64,000 nucleotides of DNA from Octopus sinensis (lineage: Eukaryota), in the NCBI RefSeq assembly GCF_006345805.1, contig NC_043000.1:70556001-70620000 (forward strand), read 5' to 3'. The notes below the pieces were generated by a model. It saw only the letters and a program-made list of their open reading frames with translations. It was not told where the DNA came from and did no database searches. Position numbers and translations under genes: made by a program. Shown in pieces: positions 47,168 to 61,892 of the stretch (positions within the stretch are counted from its first letter, which is position 1; every line of letters begins with the position of its first letter).

Positions 47168-49024
47168 TTAAGATATAAGTCTATTATTATTATTATTAGT
47201 TGACAGCAGATTGACAGAATGATTGGAGCCTCAGAAAAAATGTCTTACAGTATCCATTCTGGCACTTTATGTTCCGAGTTCAAATCCTGCTGAGGTAAAA
47301 TCTGCCTGTCATCTCTCCAGGATCAATAAAATAAAGTACTAATTAAGAAATGGATTAATGTAATTGACTAATCACCTACCCTCAAAAATTGATGGTCTTG
47401 TGCCACAATGAGAAATTGTTATTTTTGTTGTTGCTGTTAAAGGTGATGGGTGGTCAGAATCATTAGTGCATAAATCAAAATACCTTTGACATTTTTTTTT
47501 TATTTCATCTAGTTTCAGCTCACAAGCTGTGGCCATGCTGGGGCATGGTTCTTCACCAACTGAGTTCAAATCCTGTCCCATTGTTAGAAATAATTACTAT
47601 TAATATTACTTTCTTTAAAGTGAATCTTTATGTCTTATGCAACAAGTCAGGATCCCACTGGGATGTAGTGTACTTATTCCTGGTACATTCACTATATAGA
47701 AAGTACTCGTAGATATGTGATGCCCCAAGGTTAAGTGAATTTTTTTATACAGTAACATATGAATATGTGATAAAATATGTTTTGTCCACTGTTTTTTTTT
47801 TCAGCTCCAATGAATGCACAATCTTACAAAAGTGATTTTATACAATAAAATGATTAATAATAACAACATAGCCTGAAATTTGTTGGGAGGATGCTGATCA
47901 ATTACACTGACCCTAGTGCTCAGCTGGTACTTATTTCACTGGCCCTAAAGGGCTGACCTTAGTAGAATTCAAACTCAGAACATGAAAATGGAAGAAATCC
48001 CACAAAACATTTTATCCAGCATGCTAACAATTCCACCTGCCCACCACCTTAATAATGATAATGATGACGGTAATAGTAATAATAATAGTTGATGTTGTTG
48101 TTGTTGTTATTGTTGTTGCAGCAGGAGTACAAGAATTGATTAATTCCTTTAATAATAAACTGCCTGAGACCCCACCACCACCATATAAAAGTGTTCATAT
48201 TCAAAATAAAATTTCAATGAAAATCTCATGTAAATGGTAACATATTTTAGTTAGTTAACACTCCCAAAATATTTATTATATTGAAAAACAATACATATTA
48301 GCTTAAGCTGTCTAAGCTTTGAAACTATAACCATGGTGACCATGAAAAGGTTACATCATCAACCTCTTGATTCTTTAGTCTGTGTCATTCTGCAATGTTT
48401 TGTGCCCCTTAATAAGAAACTCAAAACTACTTGCGTTGTAAAAAGGTTTCATGTGATATTAAAAATTTAGATACAGAACAGAAAATGTCTAATTAGTATC
48501 TTTTATGATTTAAAATTATCTTTAACAGAACAAAATTGCATTCCTTCTTGTTCATTTAAATTGGTTCTCAAAACTGATGAGATTAATAAAATCGTAAAAG
48601 ACTTATGTATGAAAATCGGCTTCATCCAGCCAGCCAACAGACAACACCAATCCACATAAGCAGTCAAAAGATGACAGAAGTTCAGACAGCATACTGTAAC
48701 TTGATCTGTTTGTGGATCACCCAAGTTTGCTCAATCAATGCTGACCTCAGCTACCCAACAACAACCATCCAGATGAAGGTAAATGAAAGCTAATTTTAAA
48801 TAAGAAATATAAAACCCTTTTTTAAAGATTTAGGCTATTTATAGGTATTAGAAGAATTCATCACTTCATTGTAAATAGCATAGCAGCTAACAGCATAATT
48901 GTCAGAAGCAGTACAAGAAATAATAATAGTAACAATCTATGAAGTTTAATAATATAGTCTTGTTAGATAATGCTCTATTGATAATGGCTAAATTTGCATC
49001 CCAAGTTAATACCCTGTTATTTAT

Positions 49025-49055
49025 ACACTAACAAGAAATAATGAGAGAGAGAGAG

Positions 49056-49128
<73 letters not shown>

Positions 49129-49145
49129 ATACACACATACACACA
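49025..49145. repeat. (GA)n(GT)n dinucleotide microsatellite
   Basis: Read directly. Other (TA)n, (CA)n and (GA)n tracts lie near 34668, 41227, 54220 and 55150-55350. Confidence 0.95.
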
Positions 49146-51943
49146 CAAAAGTTTACATAAAGCTAGCAAAATCAATGGTAGTAATTTCAGATTAGATACT
49201 GGATTTCAAAGTTGCAAAATATAGATTTACATGTTATAAAAGAAGTGTGGGACCACACTGATAGAAATAGAAATAGTTTAAATTAGAAATGTTACAGGGA
49301 ATTTTAATGTGGTTAAATAACTACTACAATAACACCAGTATTTTTAATCTAGAAAAATTTATTTTAAAGAAATACTATGTTCCCCTTAAAACAACAGTCA
49401 TAATTAGGATTATTGCATGTTAATTAACATTAAGATTATTAAGTACTAATCCTGATTAGGAAAGCACTAACAAATGAATTTACTAAACACTTATCAGGAT
49501 TGAGACTACTCTAAGAGTTATTACATGTTAAATAAAAAGTAAGCACAATAGTTACCGAACAATAATATATCAAATGCAACTTCAATTGGATTAGAAATAT
49601 AACATACTATATCTAATTTGACTACCTTTGAACACCTTGGAATTTATTTTCATGGAAATGACATAAAAGAGAAACTGTTACAACAAAATACACAAAACAT
49701 AGTAAAAACCCCAAAACAAAAGGAAGGAACTTAAAGTAATATAATAACAGAAACCAATAATTAAAAGCTCAAGATTTAACAAATAGCATGGATAACACTA
49801 ATACCAGATCCTAAACAAGATGAAGAGAAGTATTTCTAACAATCTCTGTTACTGCCAATAAGAGCTTTGTTTAATCAGAACAACATTTCTGAGAATATAC
49901 AGATGTCTAAATTGGGATGATATCATGCTAAGAGATTAATTTTAATATTTTCGTTGCCTGTCATACTGATAATACAGCAAATATGAGATTAGAAGAACCT
50001 GAGATAAAAAGACTCCAATAACAAAGACATTTCTTATATACATACAACAAATCAATTTTGCATGAGAGAATGAGAAGTATTCCTAAAAGCTTCTGCCAAT
50101 GCATATAAAATAAATTAGATACAACTATGAATAAAAAGCAAGTTACCAACTTGGCTCACCAAACCTTGTCTCTTCTCTACTGCCACACAAATAGGCTTTT
50201 ATTAATACATTTAACACTGAAATGAATTTACAATTGATATTTATCATTCAAAATGGACTCACTCATACTGTTTCTAGATTAATTAGTGCACCCTTAAAAT
50301 CTACAAGAAACAGTATTTTACTAAATGTCTATCTAAATGCCATTACAAACATTAAGAGTGTGTCCTTTAGTTAAGCATGTTCTGCAAATCAGCTTCACTA
50401 CATGACTGTGACATGAGAAATACAATTGGTTCATTTTGACAACAGGAGAGACATCCAGTCAAAAACAAAAATCCTATTTAATCATGCAATACACCACTTC
50501 ATTTTGTAGCACCAATGATGTCAAGAGATATTTTATAAGTTGTACAGTTTATAGAACACATGATGTCACATCTAAGCAACCCTCAACTGTCATCAAACAA
50601 TCCCATAGTGCAAGAGTTAATGGGATTAGTCAAGTATCTAATTCTATATCTACCACTAGGTTTAGATAAAAAGTAGGTCTAGTGAGAGAACTGGTAAGTG
50701 AGCAAATCTTTATGTAAGATGCAGAGGTATTTCAGTCAGACTTCCACAAGTATGTTCTGCAGGCATATACTTTTAAGAGAGAAGTAGATATGCCAGAGCA
50801 GTTAAAGCCAAGATAGAGTAATGAGTCAGGATAATAATAGGTAATGTGATTTCTGCTTATGACCCACAATAGAATAAATAAATGAGCAAGAGGACTAGTT
50901 CTATGAAGCACTTGTGTAATCTACTTCAAGATAATAATTTGAAATTTCGATAGTCCAGCCAGCAAGAGGAGAACACTGTTGTGTATGGAACATACATACA
51001 TTGATTCTATGCTTATGTACTGCATGGAGACAGATTGACTTTAAACTTACCAAAAAACAAAACAGGCAGATGGTTGTGGACATTATATCTCATTTTAGTG
51101 AGAAATCATCCTCATCACACAAACACATACATAGGTTAGTGGGGAGAAACTTTAGACTGAGTATAAGGAAACTTCAGAAATAAAAGTAAAAGTATGATTT
51201 TGGAAGTTAGATTATCCTTCTGTTACATAAAACATTCAAACTCTAAATCAGTACCAGATAGTGTCTGTTTAGATGTGAAAGAGATCAAAAGCACAAAGTA
51301 GATGTGAGTATGCCTGAAGGACAACCTGTTACAAACCAGTTATACAGGTGAACCAACCAGTAATGGATGACATAAAAGTAGAAGAGTACAGTATTTAGAA
51401 CTTTTAAAAGTTAAGAATAATGAAGAACAATATAAAAAAAAGTTAGACAAGAATGAGACAGTCAATTATCTAGTGAGAAAAGAAGCTGAGGTTTGTGGTT
51501 TATTTCATGTAAATATTTGCATATGAGGATAAAATATTTTAGTTCCATAAAAGTGTTTTTTTTACACTCTTTATAACATAACTGTAATATTTCAGTTATG
51601 GTAACATGGTGTATGTTGTCTTCTTTGATTGTTGTGCATTTCATGTGATGTCTCTTAGGTTTCAATATGCTGACAACTTTTGTTGTTGAACAGTGAAGTC
51701 ATAAAGCTGTAGTCAGAACAAAGGGTTTTAATAGAACCATAAATGTTTATTTTTAGTGAGTTTTTTTAATATTTTACATGTTTGTACATGCTATAAGCCT
51801 TATGTTATGATGCTGTACCCTATCTTGATATTTATATATTATCTTTTGGCTGTTGGAGTTGATCTGTATCTTTTCTGTTAACTTTGTATCATTCAACCAA
51901 TATTCCAATTGTACCTAAACTGTCTCCTTACAACTTTCAATAG

Positions 51944-52320
51944 GTGCAGGCATGATTGTGTGGTAAGAAGTTTGCTTCCCAACCACATGCTTCCAGGTTC
52001 TCTCACATCACATAGCACTTGGGCAAGTATTTTATAGCCCCAGGACAACAAAAACCTTGTGAATGGGTTTGATAGATGGAAGAAGTCCATCACATGTATA
52101 TATCTCTGTGTGTGTGTCTTTGTGTTTGTTCCCCACCATTCCTTGACAACTAGTCTTGATTGTTTATATCCCCATAACTTAGCAGATGAAAACAAGACAA
52201 ACAGAATAAGTACCAGGCTTCAAAATAAATACTGAGGTTGATTTGTTAGACTAAACCCTTCAAGGCAGTGCCCCAGCATGGCTATAGTCCAACGATTAAA
52301 AAAAGTAAAGGATAAAAGAA
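51944..52320 (+). mobile_element. Near full-length tRNA-derived SINE
   Basis: Head gtgcaggcatgattgtgtggtaagaagtttgcttcccaaccacatg, central (gt)n, tail ...ccccagcatggctatagtcc...aaagtaaaggataaaaga. Confidence 0.75.
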
Positions 52321-54215
52321 AGTAGGAAGTAGTTCCAGGGAGATTTAGCAGCTATTTCTAGAAGTTCACGCAATTGAATGAAAGTTCCCTCATTGGTTCA
52401 TTATTGGGTGGTTTAGTGATTAAGGAATACCATAAGTGAAACCAATAGAGAAGCCAAGTATCGAGGTTAGCTGGTTGTAGGAGAATCAGCAGATCCAGCA
52501 GTTAGGTTAAATGCTCATCATTCATTTAGTTAATCAAGTACTGCAAGAAAACAAATACAAAATAGTTGACACAGTCTTAGGAAAGTTAGTATAGGATAGA
52601 AATAGCTGTGATAAGATGCAGTTTGAATTTGTACAATGATATGAAACTATAGAGGCTATATTTCTAATGATATAACTGCAAGAAAAATTCTTTGTGAAGA
52701 ATGTTTTTTATATTTTATATTCATCCATAAACAAAAGATTTTTTACAGGGCCCTATGTTCTGGAGTTTGGTGAAAATTAACAAATTTAGGTGTAAGTTGA
52801 TAATGTGTTTAAGCCATTCAAAACATTGAAAAAGTGTTGTAAGCAAGTTTTTGTGAGGTACTTCATGTACAAATAGATGTTCATATAAGATCTAATTTCA
52901 GGCTCCTTTTATTCATTACAGTTCTTGAGACTATAGCATAAAAGTCCAGGAGTAGTGGTCCTTTTGGACATTTAAATGCTGTTGACAAATTGCAGACAAA
53001 GTGCCAGATCTGGAATAAGTAACAGTCACCATGAAATCCCACTGTATTCTCTAAAGTAACCTTGTTTGATTTGGAGGAAAGGAGCAGCTCCTTATTATGC
53101 ACTAAAACAATGGGAATCTAAAAGATGCAGCAGGATCTCTCACAGACAAACAACTAGAGGTGGAGAAGTACAGGACTTATTAACAGTAGGAAATGAAGTT
53201 TATGCACTTGTTAGCTACCCCATGGAACAGGCTATAATAACAGCAGAAGAAGCAGAGAGAAAACAACAGTGTTTATGAATGAATCTTTGTCAATCAGCTG
53301 AATAGTTTCCTTTAGGATGCCATCCAAAAATATGAATGGTTAAAGTTCATGGTACTACTATTTCAGTCAGTAATAAATAGCTTTTTCTCTAAAAACACAA
53401 GGTAAGAAGTATGATATAGTATGGCAGGAAGACAGGAGATTTAATGTAGGAAGTCAGTGAAAACAATAAACAAGAGAAGAAACAATCTGCTAGACAGACA
53501 TGTCAACCTATATAAAAAGCAAAGCACAAGTGAGTTGAGAGTGACTGGATATTAAAAACAAAACCAAGCTATGCAGGAGAGAGATCTGAGATACTAATAG
53601 GTTGTGAATAATGAGTGCAAAAAGTACCCTGTATAATCAATGAAGAAAACATAAGGTAAAGTTATAAGATTAGATCTTCTTGAGATACAAGACCTTACAG
53701 ATCAAAATTTGAGACAAGTACCTATATGCAGCAGCAATAAACCTCTGCTAACTTGAAACAATAGATGCCAAAATGATGGTAATTGTAATGATTAAAATAT
53801 ATCAAATCTTAAAAAGCTTCTGTTAGATCTATGCATTAGCCTTTTTTCTTTGTTAATTATAAATTGGATTGTGTCACTCTTTGTTATTAGAATTTCTTGT
53901 TAGTCTAACTACTAATGCCTGTATTTCATTCTGGAAACTTAAAGCCTGATTTTATCACCCGCTTTTTACAAATGATTTTTATGAATTAATTTGAGGATAT
54001 TTTCACTGACTAATTTTGATAGGATTTCAAAATAGGTCAAAATAAACAAATAGATTGTAAAATTTAAAGTAATTGCGATTGCATTTAAATTTAGTATAAA
54101 AGCCATAAATAATAAAGAAATATTGATAACAATTCTGAACTAAATGTATAAGTGTTTACTTTTAATTGAAAGAACTAATCAACTAAAAGAATATGTAAAA
54201 TTATATGATACACAT

Positions 54216-54279
<64 letters not shown>

Positions 54280-55347
54280 CAAATAAATAAGGTTGAATAT
54301 GCACAGAGAATATATGAAGATTTATTTAAATCTTAAAAGATACACACACATTTAACCAGTTTCACATTTATTAATTACAAGAGTGTTTGTTATGATGAAT
54401 GTTGAGCTGTGTTACAAACTGTATCTTTCCCGGTGGTTGTTTTAGAAATCGCTAAATTTTAGAGATATAATAAAGCTCAGATCCTTATTAACATACAGGT
54501 TGATTGGTTGAGGATGGTCACATGGTGAAGTAAGGGAATTTTCTGTTAGTTTTCCACAACATATATGTATTTATGTCATGTGATTACCACACAAGAATGT
54601 CATATTAAAGCTTTCCAGTAGACACGTCATATGAAAGTTAGATTAACAGCAATGAAAAGTGAGGGTGGCATCTAAATTTAGGGCTGTTTTAGCCTTCAGT
54701 AGTTGTGTGATCAGTTACTATCTTATTGGTAAAGAGGAGATGTTTATGGAAAAAAAAAACAGGAAAGAGAAAGGAAAAGAAAGAAAAGATTTAAAAAAAA
54801 CAAATAAGAAAAATGGTGGCGATGGGGGTAGGGGGTTTAAAACATTGGAAGATGGAGGGGGTGGGGCAACGGGTCAAATACCCACAGTATGGATAGAAAA
54901 TTCACAAAAAGTCACTTCTATTGATTTTTTAATGGCTTTGCAGGGTGACTGGGGAAATGTAAAGATGTGCACGACCACCCTTGGATGGTTTTGAATGACC
55001 ATAGAAAGTGCGAGCCCTCTAACTGAAAAATTGTGGATTTATATAAAGGACACACACACAGACATTTTGCCGTTTATATATATAGAGATGTGTGTATACA
55101 ACCTTCAACAAAGTAACAGTCATGTATACAACTTGAACAGACACATATCAGTACATAAACATACATTCACATGTACATACACATGTACACACACATACAG
55201 ACATGTCTACACACTTAACTAAATACTCATGTACATACATAAGTACACACGTACATACATACATACATGCGTATAGGCATGCACACATGCATACACATGT
55301 ACACATATGCATAAGCACATATATGTACATACATACATACATGCACA

Positions 55348-55790
55348 CATACATACGTACATATATATCATGAACTAACTGTTACTTTCTCAGATGCAGC
55401 ACGGAATTTTGTCAGTGAACAGGTCGTGGTTTCAAAGCGACGAAAATATTTTGGCAAACTAAATTTAAATGTTGAAGTGAATCTAACGGCTTTTGTGTGT
55501 TCCTTAAATGGCTTATAAACACCTTCCATGCTGCAATTGTTTTTGTTCCAGCACACAATCTCAGATCAGGGTCACTTGCTATACAAATACATCTCCGTAA
55601 TTTTTAAAACAACTGCAAGAAAAGATACAGTTAGTAACACAGCCCCACATTCCTCATAACAAACACTCTTTAAAATAAACAAATGTGAAAGCGTGTGTGT
55701 GTTTGTGTGAGTCTCTCTCTCCAAAAGTCACACACAATATGCTCTGGAATTGTGAAAGATATGCTTCAGTTCTTCTAAAACTGAATAAAA
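55348..55790. repeat. Interspersed repeat family shared with 26080-26560 and 54360-54450 (possibly Helitron-associated)
   Basis: Direct alignment by eye; class unassigned. Confidence 0.7.
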
Positions 55791-56104
55791 TAAATAAAAT
55801 AATGAGGAATACACATGTACTTGTACATAATGATCAATAATAATAACGTCAAATGATTCAGTGCATGACTTTTGGCCCACTATGCATGTAAAGATTTAAA
55901 CAAATCATATATTCTCTGTGCATTTTCAAAGTTGTTTATTTCTCCTATACCATTGTTTTGATTAGTAGTATTATATGTGTGTGTGTGTGTGTGTATACAC
56001 ACACACAACCATAACATTAGAGTTATCTGGAGCAACTAATTAGATGAATTGAAATAGGTCAAAATATATAAAATTGAAAAAAGAATAACTTTGTGTAAGA
56101 CAAT

Positions 56105-56141
<37 letters not shown>

Positions 56142-56734
56142 CAGCAGCAGCAGTAGTAGTAGTAGTAGTAGCTGCTATTGCTGTTGTTGTTTCTCACACA
56201 AGTAAGAAATTCAAGAGGCTGAAGGCAGGGTAAAAAGACATTAGCACAATTGGAACAGTTTAGACTGGAAATTGAAACTGTTGCCAGGTCAGTTCACCAA
56301 AAGATACAGTTGCTCCTTATCTCCTGCAGCAATAAAATAACAATAATAATTGTTATCTCAGGCTTTATACCTACTTATGAAACCTAACAATAATGATTTC
56401 TTAAATAGGTATAAAATTTGAGACTTTTAAGAGAGCAGAGGCTGATGGATATAACATTCATGCCTTCTCCTTGTAAAAATATAAGTAAAATGGTTCAAAT
56501 AAGGAATGAAATAAAACCAGAGAGTTTGTGAAGAACTCACGCAACACTAAAATCTTTCAATAATATTAATAAAGTTAATCTTGATAGCCAAATACAAAGC
56601 TGTAAAATAAAATAGCTGATATTACAATATGTGTAGAAATAATAAAAGTAAAAGCATTGAAAATATGACTATAAGTGGTATTGGTAGCAGAAGATGGTTC
56701 CAGAATTATAGTGGCAGTTCATAAGTTTAAACCC

Positions 56735-57215
56735 CCAGGTAAAACCAACTTCCAACAGTCTGTGCTCCTGATTATTAACAGAAGACATACCAAAATATTT
56801 AATGAATATCAAGATTTTTGATGGAATATGAAGCTTTCGAATGACTGAAAGATTCACATAATTAAAGACTCTCTTTAAAAACTATATGTTTGTTAAATAT
56901 AAATGCTCACTTTTAATTTTCCAAAATTATAGTGATCATTTATAAAAATGAGTTTTAATGCCATGACAGCTATAATTCTTTTTCATCCTCCAGATAAACC
57001 AACTTACAACAGTCTGTGCTTCTAATTATTAGAATAAGTCACCCCAAAATATTTAATGATTAACAAAACTTTTGATGGAATCTAATGCTTTGCAATGTGC
57101 AAAAAATTCACATATATTTTTTAAATCCCATTAAAAACTGTATTTCCATTAAATATATGTGTTCACAATTAATTTATAATGGTGACATAATTGCATAAAA
57201 TACTCATTTAAAGTG
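56735..57215. repeat. Diverged tandem duplication, ~255-bp unit
   Basis: ccaggtaaaaccaacttccaacagtctgtgc at 56735 versus ccagataaaccaacttacaacagtctgtgc at 56990; colinear for about 200 bp. Confidence 0.75.
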
Positions 57216-57740
57216 ACTTCTGTACTCTTACACAAATCGACACCTTAAATTGTCCAGATTTTGAATGAAAATGCAAGTATTTTAACAAGGAATTAATCAA
57301 ACAAAAGAACAGTATATATATCTACATAAAAAATTATATACCTTAGCAGCAGAGCTTTCCAACAGTCAATGAATATTATAATACATAAGTACAAAGAGTT
57401 AAATATATATTTCTTTCACCAAACTATTATACACGCTAAAATAAAAGTCAATCTATGCAAATGAAAGTGAAAATACAAATAACTGGTAAAAGTATGTGCG
57501 AATTCAAGGATAATGTAGCATCAGATTCTCCTTTCAACAGTCATAGGCACGCGCGCGTGCGTATGTGTGTGTGTGTACACATGTATGCGCCACCACTACC
57601 TGACAGAAGATTGGAAACACAGGACACCACTTGCATAACAGTTACACTCGCTTACAACTATTATGCAATGTCAAGGCAAGAAGACAGTAACACACAAACA
57701 GGCATACATAGATACAATCATATATATATGTATAATATGC

Positions 57741-59572
57741 ATAAGAGAAATTATAGAAGGAACACAGGTACCGAATGGAGAAGTGACAAATAAAGAGACA
57801 AAAATCCAAGGTAAGGGCTTCCAAAAGGAACTGTTCCAATTGATTAAGAATTTGATGTTTATGTGAATTGTCAGATGAGAGTTCAAAATTTTAAAATTCA
57901 GGGGTAAATAAATTTGGTAAAATTTATTAGATAAGATAAATATACAAATTTGGGTAAAGGATATCATCTACAGCCATTTCAAGGGTACATTAAATGTATA
58001 AGTGGCGTCTTAAGTATTCCATATACAAAAAACATTATGCTCCCCTCATCAGGATGGTTTCTTTCATGATGAAATCCTACATGATAGTTTTTTTCATTAC
58101 CCACAAGGAGTGAATATAGAGGGACTATACAAAAACATACAAAGTGGGGACACAGACAGATGAAAACGAATGATTTAATTAATGGGATGACAAAATGAAG
58201 TGAAGCTGCTCATCCCCACATCCAGGCAACTTCATTTATTTTGTTTTACTTGGAGATCTGGTAGAGATGGTGGGAGCCATAACGGTCGATGATATAACAC
58301 TCAGGGTTAGAGTGCAGGGCAGGACACCTTGTTGTGACAAATGTGGCCAAAAAAAGCCACATTAGGGTAGAATGCCCTCCACCACCCATAAAGCCTCAGG
58401 AAGTACCAGTGTCTATAAAAGAAACTGCACTTCCACCAACATCAAAGGTTAACAGAAGTACAGAGGAAGAAGGAGGAGACAAAACCAAGGACGGATGGGA
58501 AATTATTGGAAGGAAGAGCAGAAAGAGGAGGAAAAGATACAAACTGTGAACAAAGACTCCCATCCCACACCTGCCCAACTCCGTCCCACCCTTCCCTTGC
58601 AGACACCAAACCTCACCTTGCCTCACCTGACATGAACAAAATGAACACAAGCATACAGGAGCCCTAAATTCCCCAACCTCTCCAACCTGTGAAGAAAAAA
58701 AAAACATAATGCACAGAATGGCAAATTGTTAAAAAAGGTGAACAGTTGGACAAAACAAATAGAAGTAGTCACTGCAAGCTGTAAAGAGGTGCTCCCACAC
58801 TATAAGTGTGTAATAGTAGACACAATATACACAATGAGACTGAAAGAATATAGAAGCAATGTGTTGCACTGGTAGAAAAGAATTGAAACCAGGTGTCTGC
58901 CAATGATGGTGAGTCATAAAGATCTTATTAATGATTATATTATAGACATTTTTAAAAGTTATAATAAGTAAAACAAGATAAATGGAGTTGCCTGGATGTG
59001 GGGACGAGCGGCTTCACTTCATTTTATCATCCCATTAATTAAATCATTCGTTTTCATCTGTCTGTGTCTCCATTTTGTATGTTTTTGTATAGTCCCTCTA
59101 TATTCACTCCTTGTGGGTAATAAAAAGAACTATCATGTAGGATTTCATCATGGAGGAAACCATCCTGATGAGGGGAGCATTATGTTTTTTGTATATGGAA
59201 TACTTAAGACGCCACTTATACATTGAAATGGCAGGAGATGATATCCTTTACCCGAATTTGCATATTTATTTTATCTAATAAATTTTATCAAATTTATTTA
59301 CCCTTGAATTTTTAAATTTTGAACTTTAATCCAACAATTCACATAAACATCAAATTCTTAACTCATTGGAACAGTTCCTTTTGGAAGCACTTACCTTGGA
59401 TTTTTGTCTCTTTATTTGTTATTTCTCCATTCGTTTCCATATAGTTTTACATGCAATTTTATTCACTTATTTATATAAATTTATATGTATATTTATTCCG
59501 TTGTGTGCTTTAAATTATACTTTGGAATTTGTATTGATTACCTAGATGTGTTCCTTCTATAATTTCTCTTAT
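57741..59572. repeat. Large inverted repeat (arms ~57741-58251 and 58966-59572) around a ~715-bp spacer
   Basis: Arms are reverse complements over about 480 bp with scattered substitutions; the left arm lacks about 110 bp present in the right arm. Confidence 0.9.
58252..58720 (+). pseudogene. Non-LTR retrotransposon ORF1/gag-like fragment with a CCHC zinc knuckle, frameshifted
   Basis: GDLVEMVGAITVDDITLRVRVQGRTPC-CDKCGQK then SHIRVEC after a one-base shift in an A7 run (CX2CX4HX4C). Confidence 0.7.
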
Positions 59573-59723
59573 CTTTCAATTTAGCTCACAATGAGCACTT
59601 CTTAATACAGCCCATATACTATGAAGTATACTTAACATACTTTATAAGAAAATTCAACTTTATGTGTGTGTGTGTGTGTTTATGTGTATATATATATATA
59701 TATAAACATATACAAACACAAAC

Positions 59724-59900
59724 AATCATCATCATTTAACATCCATAGTCCATGCTGGCATAGGTTGCACAGTTTGACCAGGGCTGGTAAGCTGAGGGGT
59801 TGCATCAGACTCCAGTCTGGTTTGGCATGGTTTCTACGGCTGGATGACCTTCCTAACACCAACCACTCTAAGAGTGTAATGGGTGCTTTTATATGCCACA
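59724..59900 (-). mobile_element. (GAT)n-tailed SINE
   Basis: Same core as the copy at 7071. Confidence 0.75.
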
Positions 59901-61254
59901 CACACGCACACATAATTTTTTTTACAAGTAAAATGCTGACAGGGAGTTTGAAGTTTCAGGTAAGTCAAAACTTACAAGGCACAGTCAAACTTTCCTCAGA
60001 AAAAAAAAATAAATACGGTGCTCTGATGAAAAGTATTGAGTGGTTCACCAATTTAATATTTCTTTTTATATATAGTTTTACATACAAAACAAACATGTGT
60101 ATGTGTATACAGAGAGAGAAGTTTTATATTTAATCACCAGAATTTATAATTTTGTGCTTTGGCATTTATGAAGTTGCTTAGGGGAACTTCATTTATAAAG
60201 ACCAATTCAAATGATAAATATAATTATCCCTGGAGTGCTCTAGAAAAAAAAACTTTCAAGGTCATGTGAATAATGCATATTTTCTTCAAATAATCTGCCC
60301 AATAAGCAGTATGATAAAAGAGTAAATAAATACCTAAAAATAAAATAAAGTAAAAGAAGACAATATAATATGCCCATATACACACATACATAAACAAATG
60401 TGCCACTATATGTGCACACACACACACACATCTATCAATAAGTTTGTTCTGGCTTAAATTTTAAATTGCATCCAGTAGCAGTGTTCTGGTTCAGGAGTTC
60501 CAAGGTTGTTGCGGAATGTGGAACTACCTCTTAACCACTCTTCTACACAGGTAGTAGTAGAACTTGTCAGGGTCCCAGCTATGAGTTAATTAGTATGAAT
60601 GGGAGAAACTCTAAGCACGAACCCTCACTACCTTCTGAAAGGAAAAGGCTAAGAAGGGGTCAACCTTGACAGCAAACCAAGGAATGGAATCTCCCCGGTA
60701 GTCCAGTGCCCTCTAAGGCAGCTCGCCTAGGAGAATGTGACAACAATCTAAAACTCAGAGCTTGCTGACCATTGCAGTCATCTTAGCTCACTGATCTACT
60801 GATATCAGACTGTCAAGTCTAAAGTGTGGGATCAGATTATGCAGATTGACTCTCACTTTGAAACTATTAAGCACAAGCAGGAAGAAAGGCCTTACAGCAT
60901 CAAGAATTGGTTAACATAGACCACTCAAGAGTGTACTACTCTTCCTCATGATCTTTGGACTGCTATATTCAATAAGTATTATATGAGCATAAAATTACAA
61001 TCACATATGCTTATGAACAAACACACACTCCTAAGGACATAAAACAATAATAAACAAATATATGTGGATGTACATTAAACATATAAACATACCTGACTGA
61101 ATAGATACACACATGTCATACATATTATTTAAAACACACACAAACATATACAGAAAGGGCATTTGACCATGGAAAATCTGCCGCAACAAACTCCATCTGA
61201 CTCATTCAGGCAATAGAAAACTGGACATTAAATAATGATGATGATGATGAGGAG

Positions 61255-61825
61255 GAGGATGATATGTGTGTGCACAAATGTCATTCATGTATGTCTCTAT
61301 CTCCAACAACTAATCTTTCTAACTCACCTCCCTCCCTCCCTCCATGTTTACTCACTGCATTCACCTCTCAACCATCTCTCACTTCCACAAACTTACCTTC
61401 CTCACTCATCCTATCCAGTCTCCTGTACCACTTCATTTGTATACCCCTCCCTGTAACTTGAGGGTGTGCCCCAACACACCTTCACCATTCTCTCCTTTCT
61501 CTCTCTCTCTCTCTCTCCTCCTCCTCCTTTTACAACTGAGGTAGCCATTATCTCTTCTACTGCTAGACATCCCTCTATCATACTCTAACTTCTCATCACC
61601 TGGCACAAAGCCACCTCCCTCAATACTACACCCTCCCTGACCCAGCTGAGGGATTTTGTCATGCAAGTTACATAGTGATTTTACTGGTACTGATGCCATC
61701 TTAAAAGCACCCAGCTATAGAAATTATGCCAAAGTAAACAGTAGACCTGGCATAGTTCTCTAGTTTGCCAGCTCCTGTCACACCCTTTAATCCATGCCAA
61801 CAGAGAAAATGGATCATCATCATCA
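61255..61825 (+). mobile_element. RTE/SINE-like pyrimidine-rich 3' region
   Basis: Resembles 17050-17640 and ends ...ccatgccaacagagaaaatggatcatcatc. Confidence 0.45.
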
Positions 61826-61840
61826 TGTTATGTTAAATGA

Positions 61841-61892
<52 letters not shown>

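Noticed and set aside
51944-52030. tRNA-like sequences (also at 63703 and 34330)
   Set aside because: They are SINE heads with A/B-box-like motifs and do not form a complete cloverleaf.
55400-55460. Hammerhead-ribozyme-like stem followed by GAAA in the 55-kb repeat, and ctgatgag at about 59165
   Set aside because: The 55-kb site has GUGAACA instead of the required CUGANGA core, and the 59-kb site lacks stem II-GAAA in the correct order.
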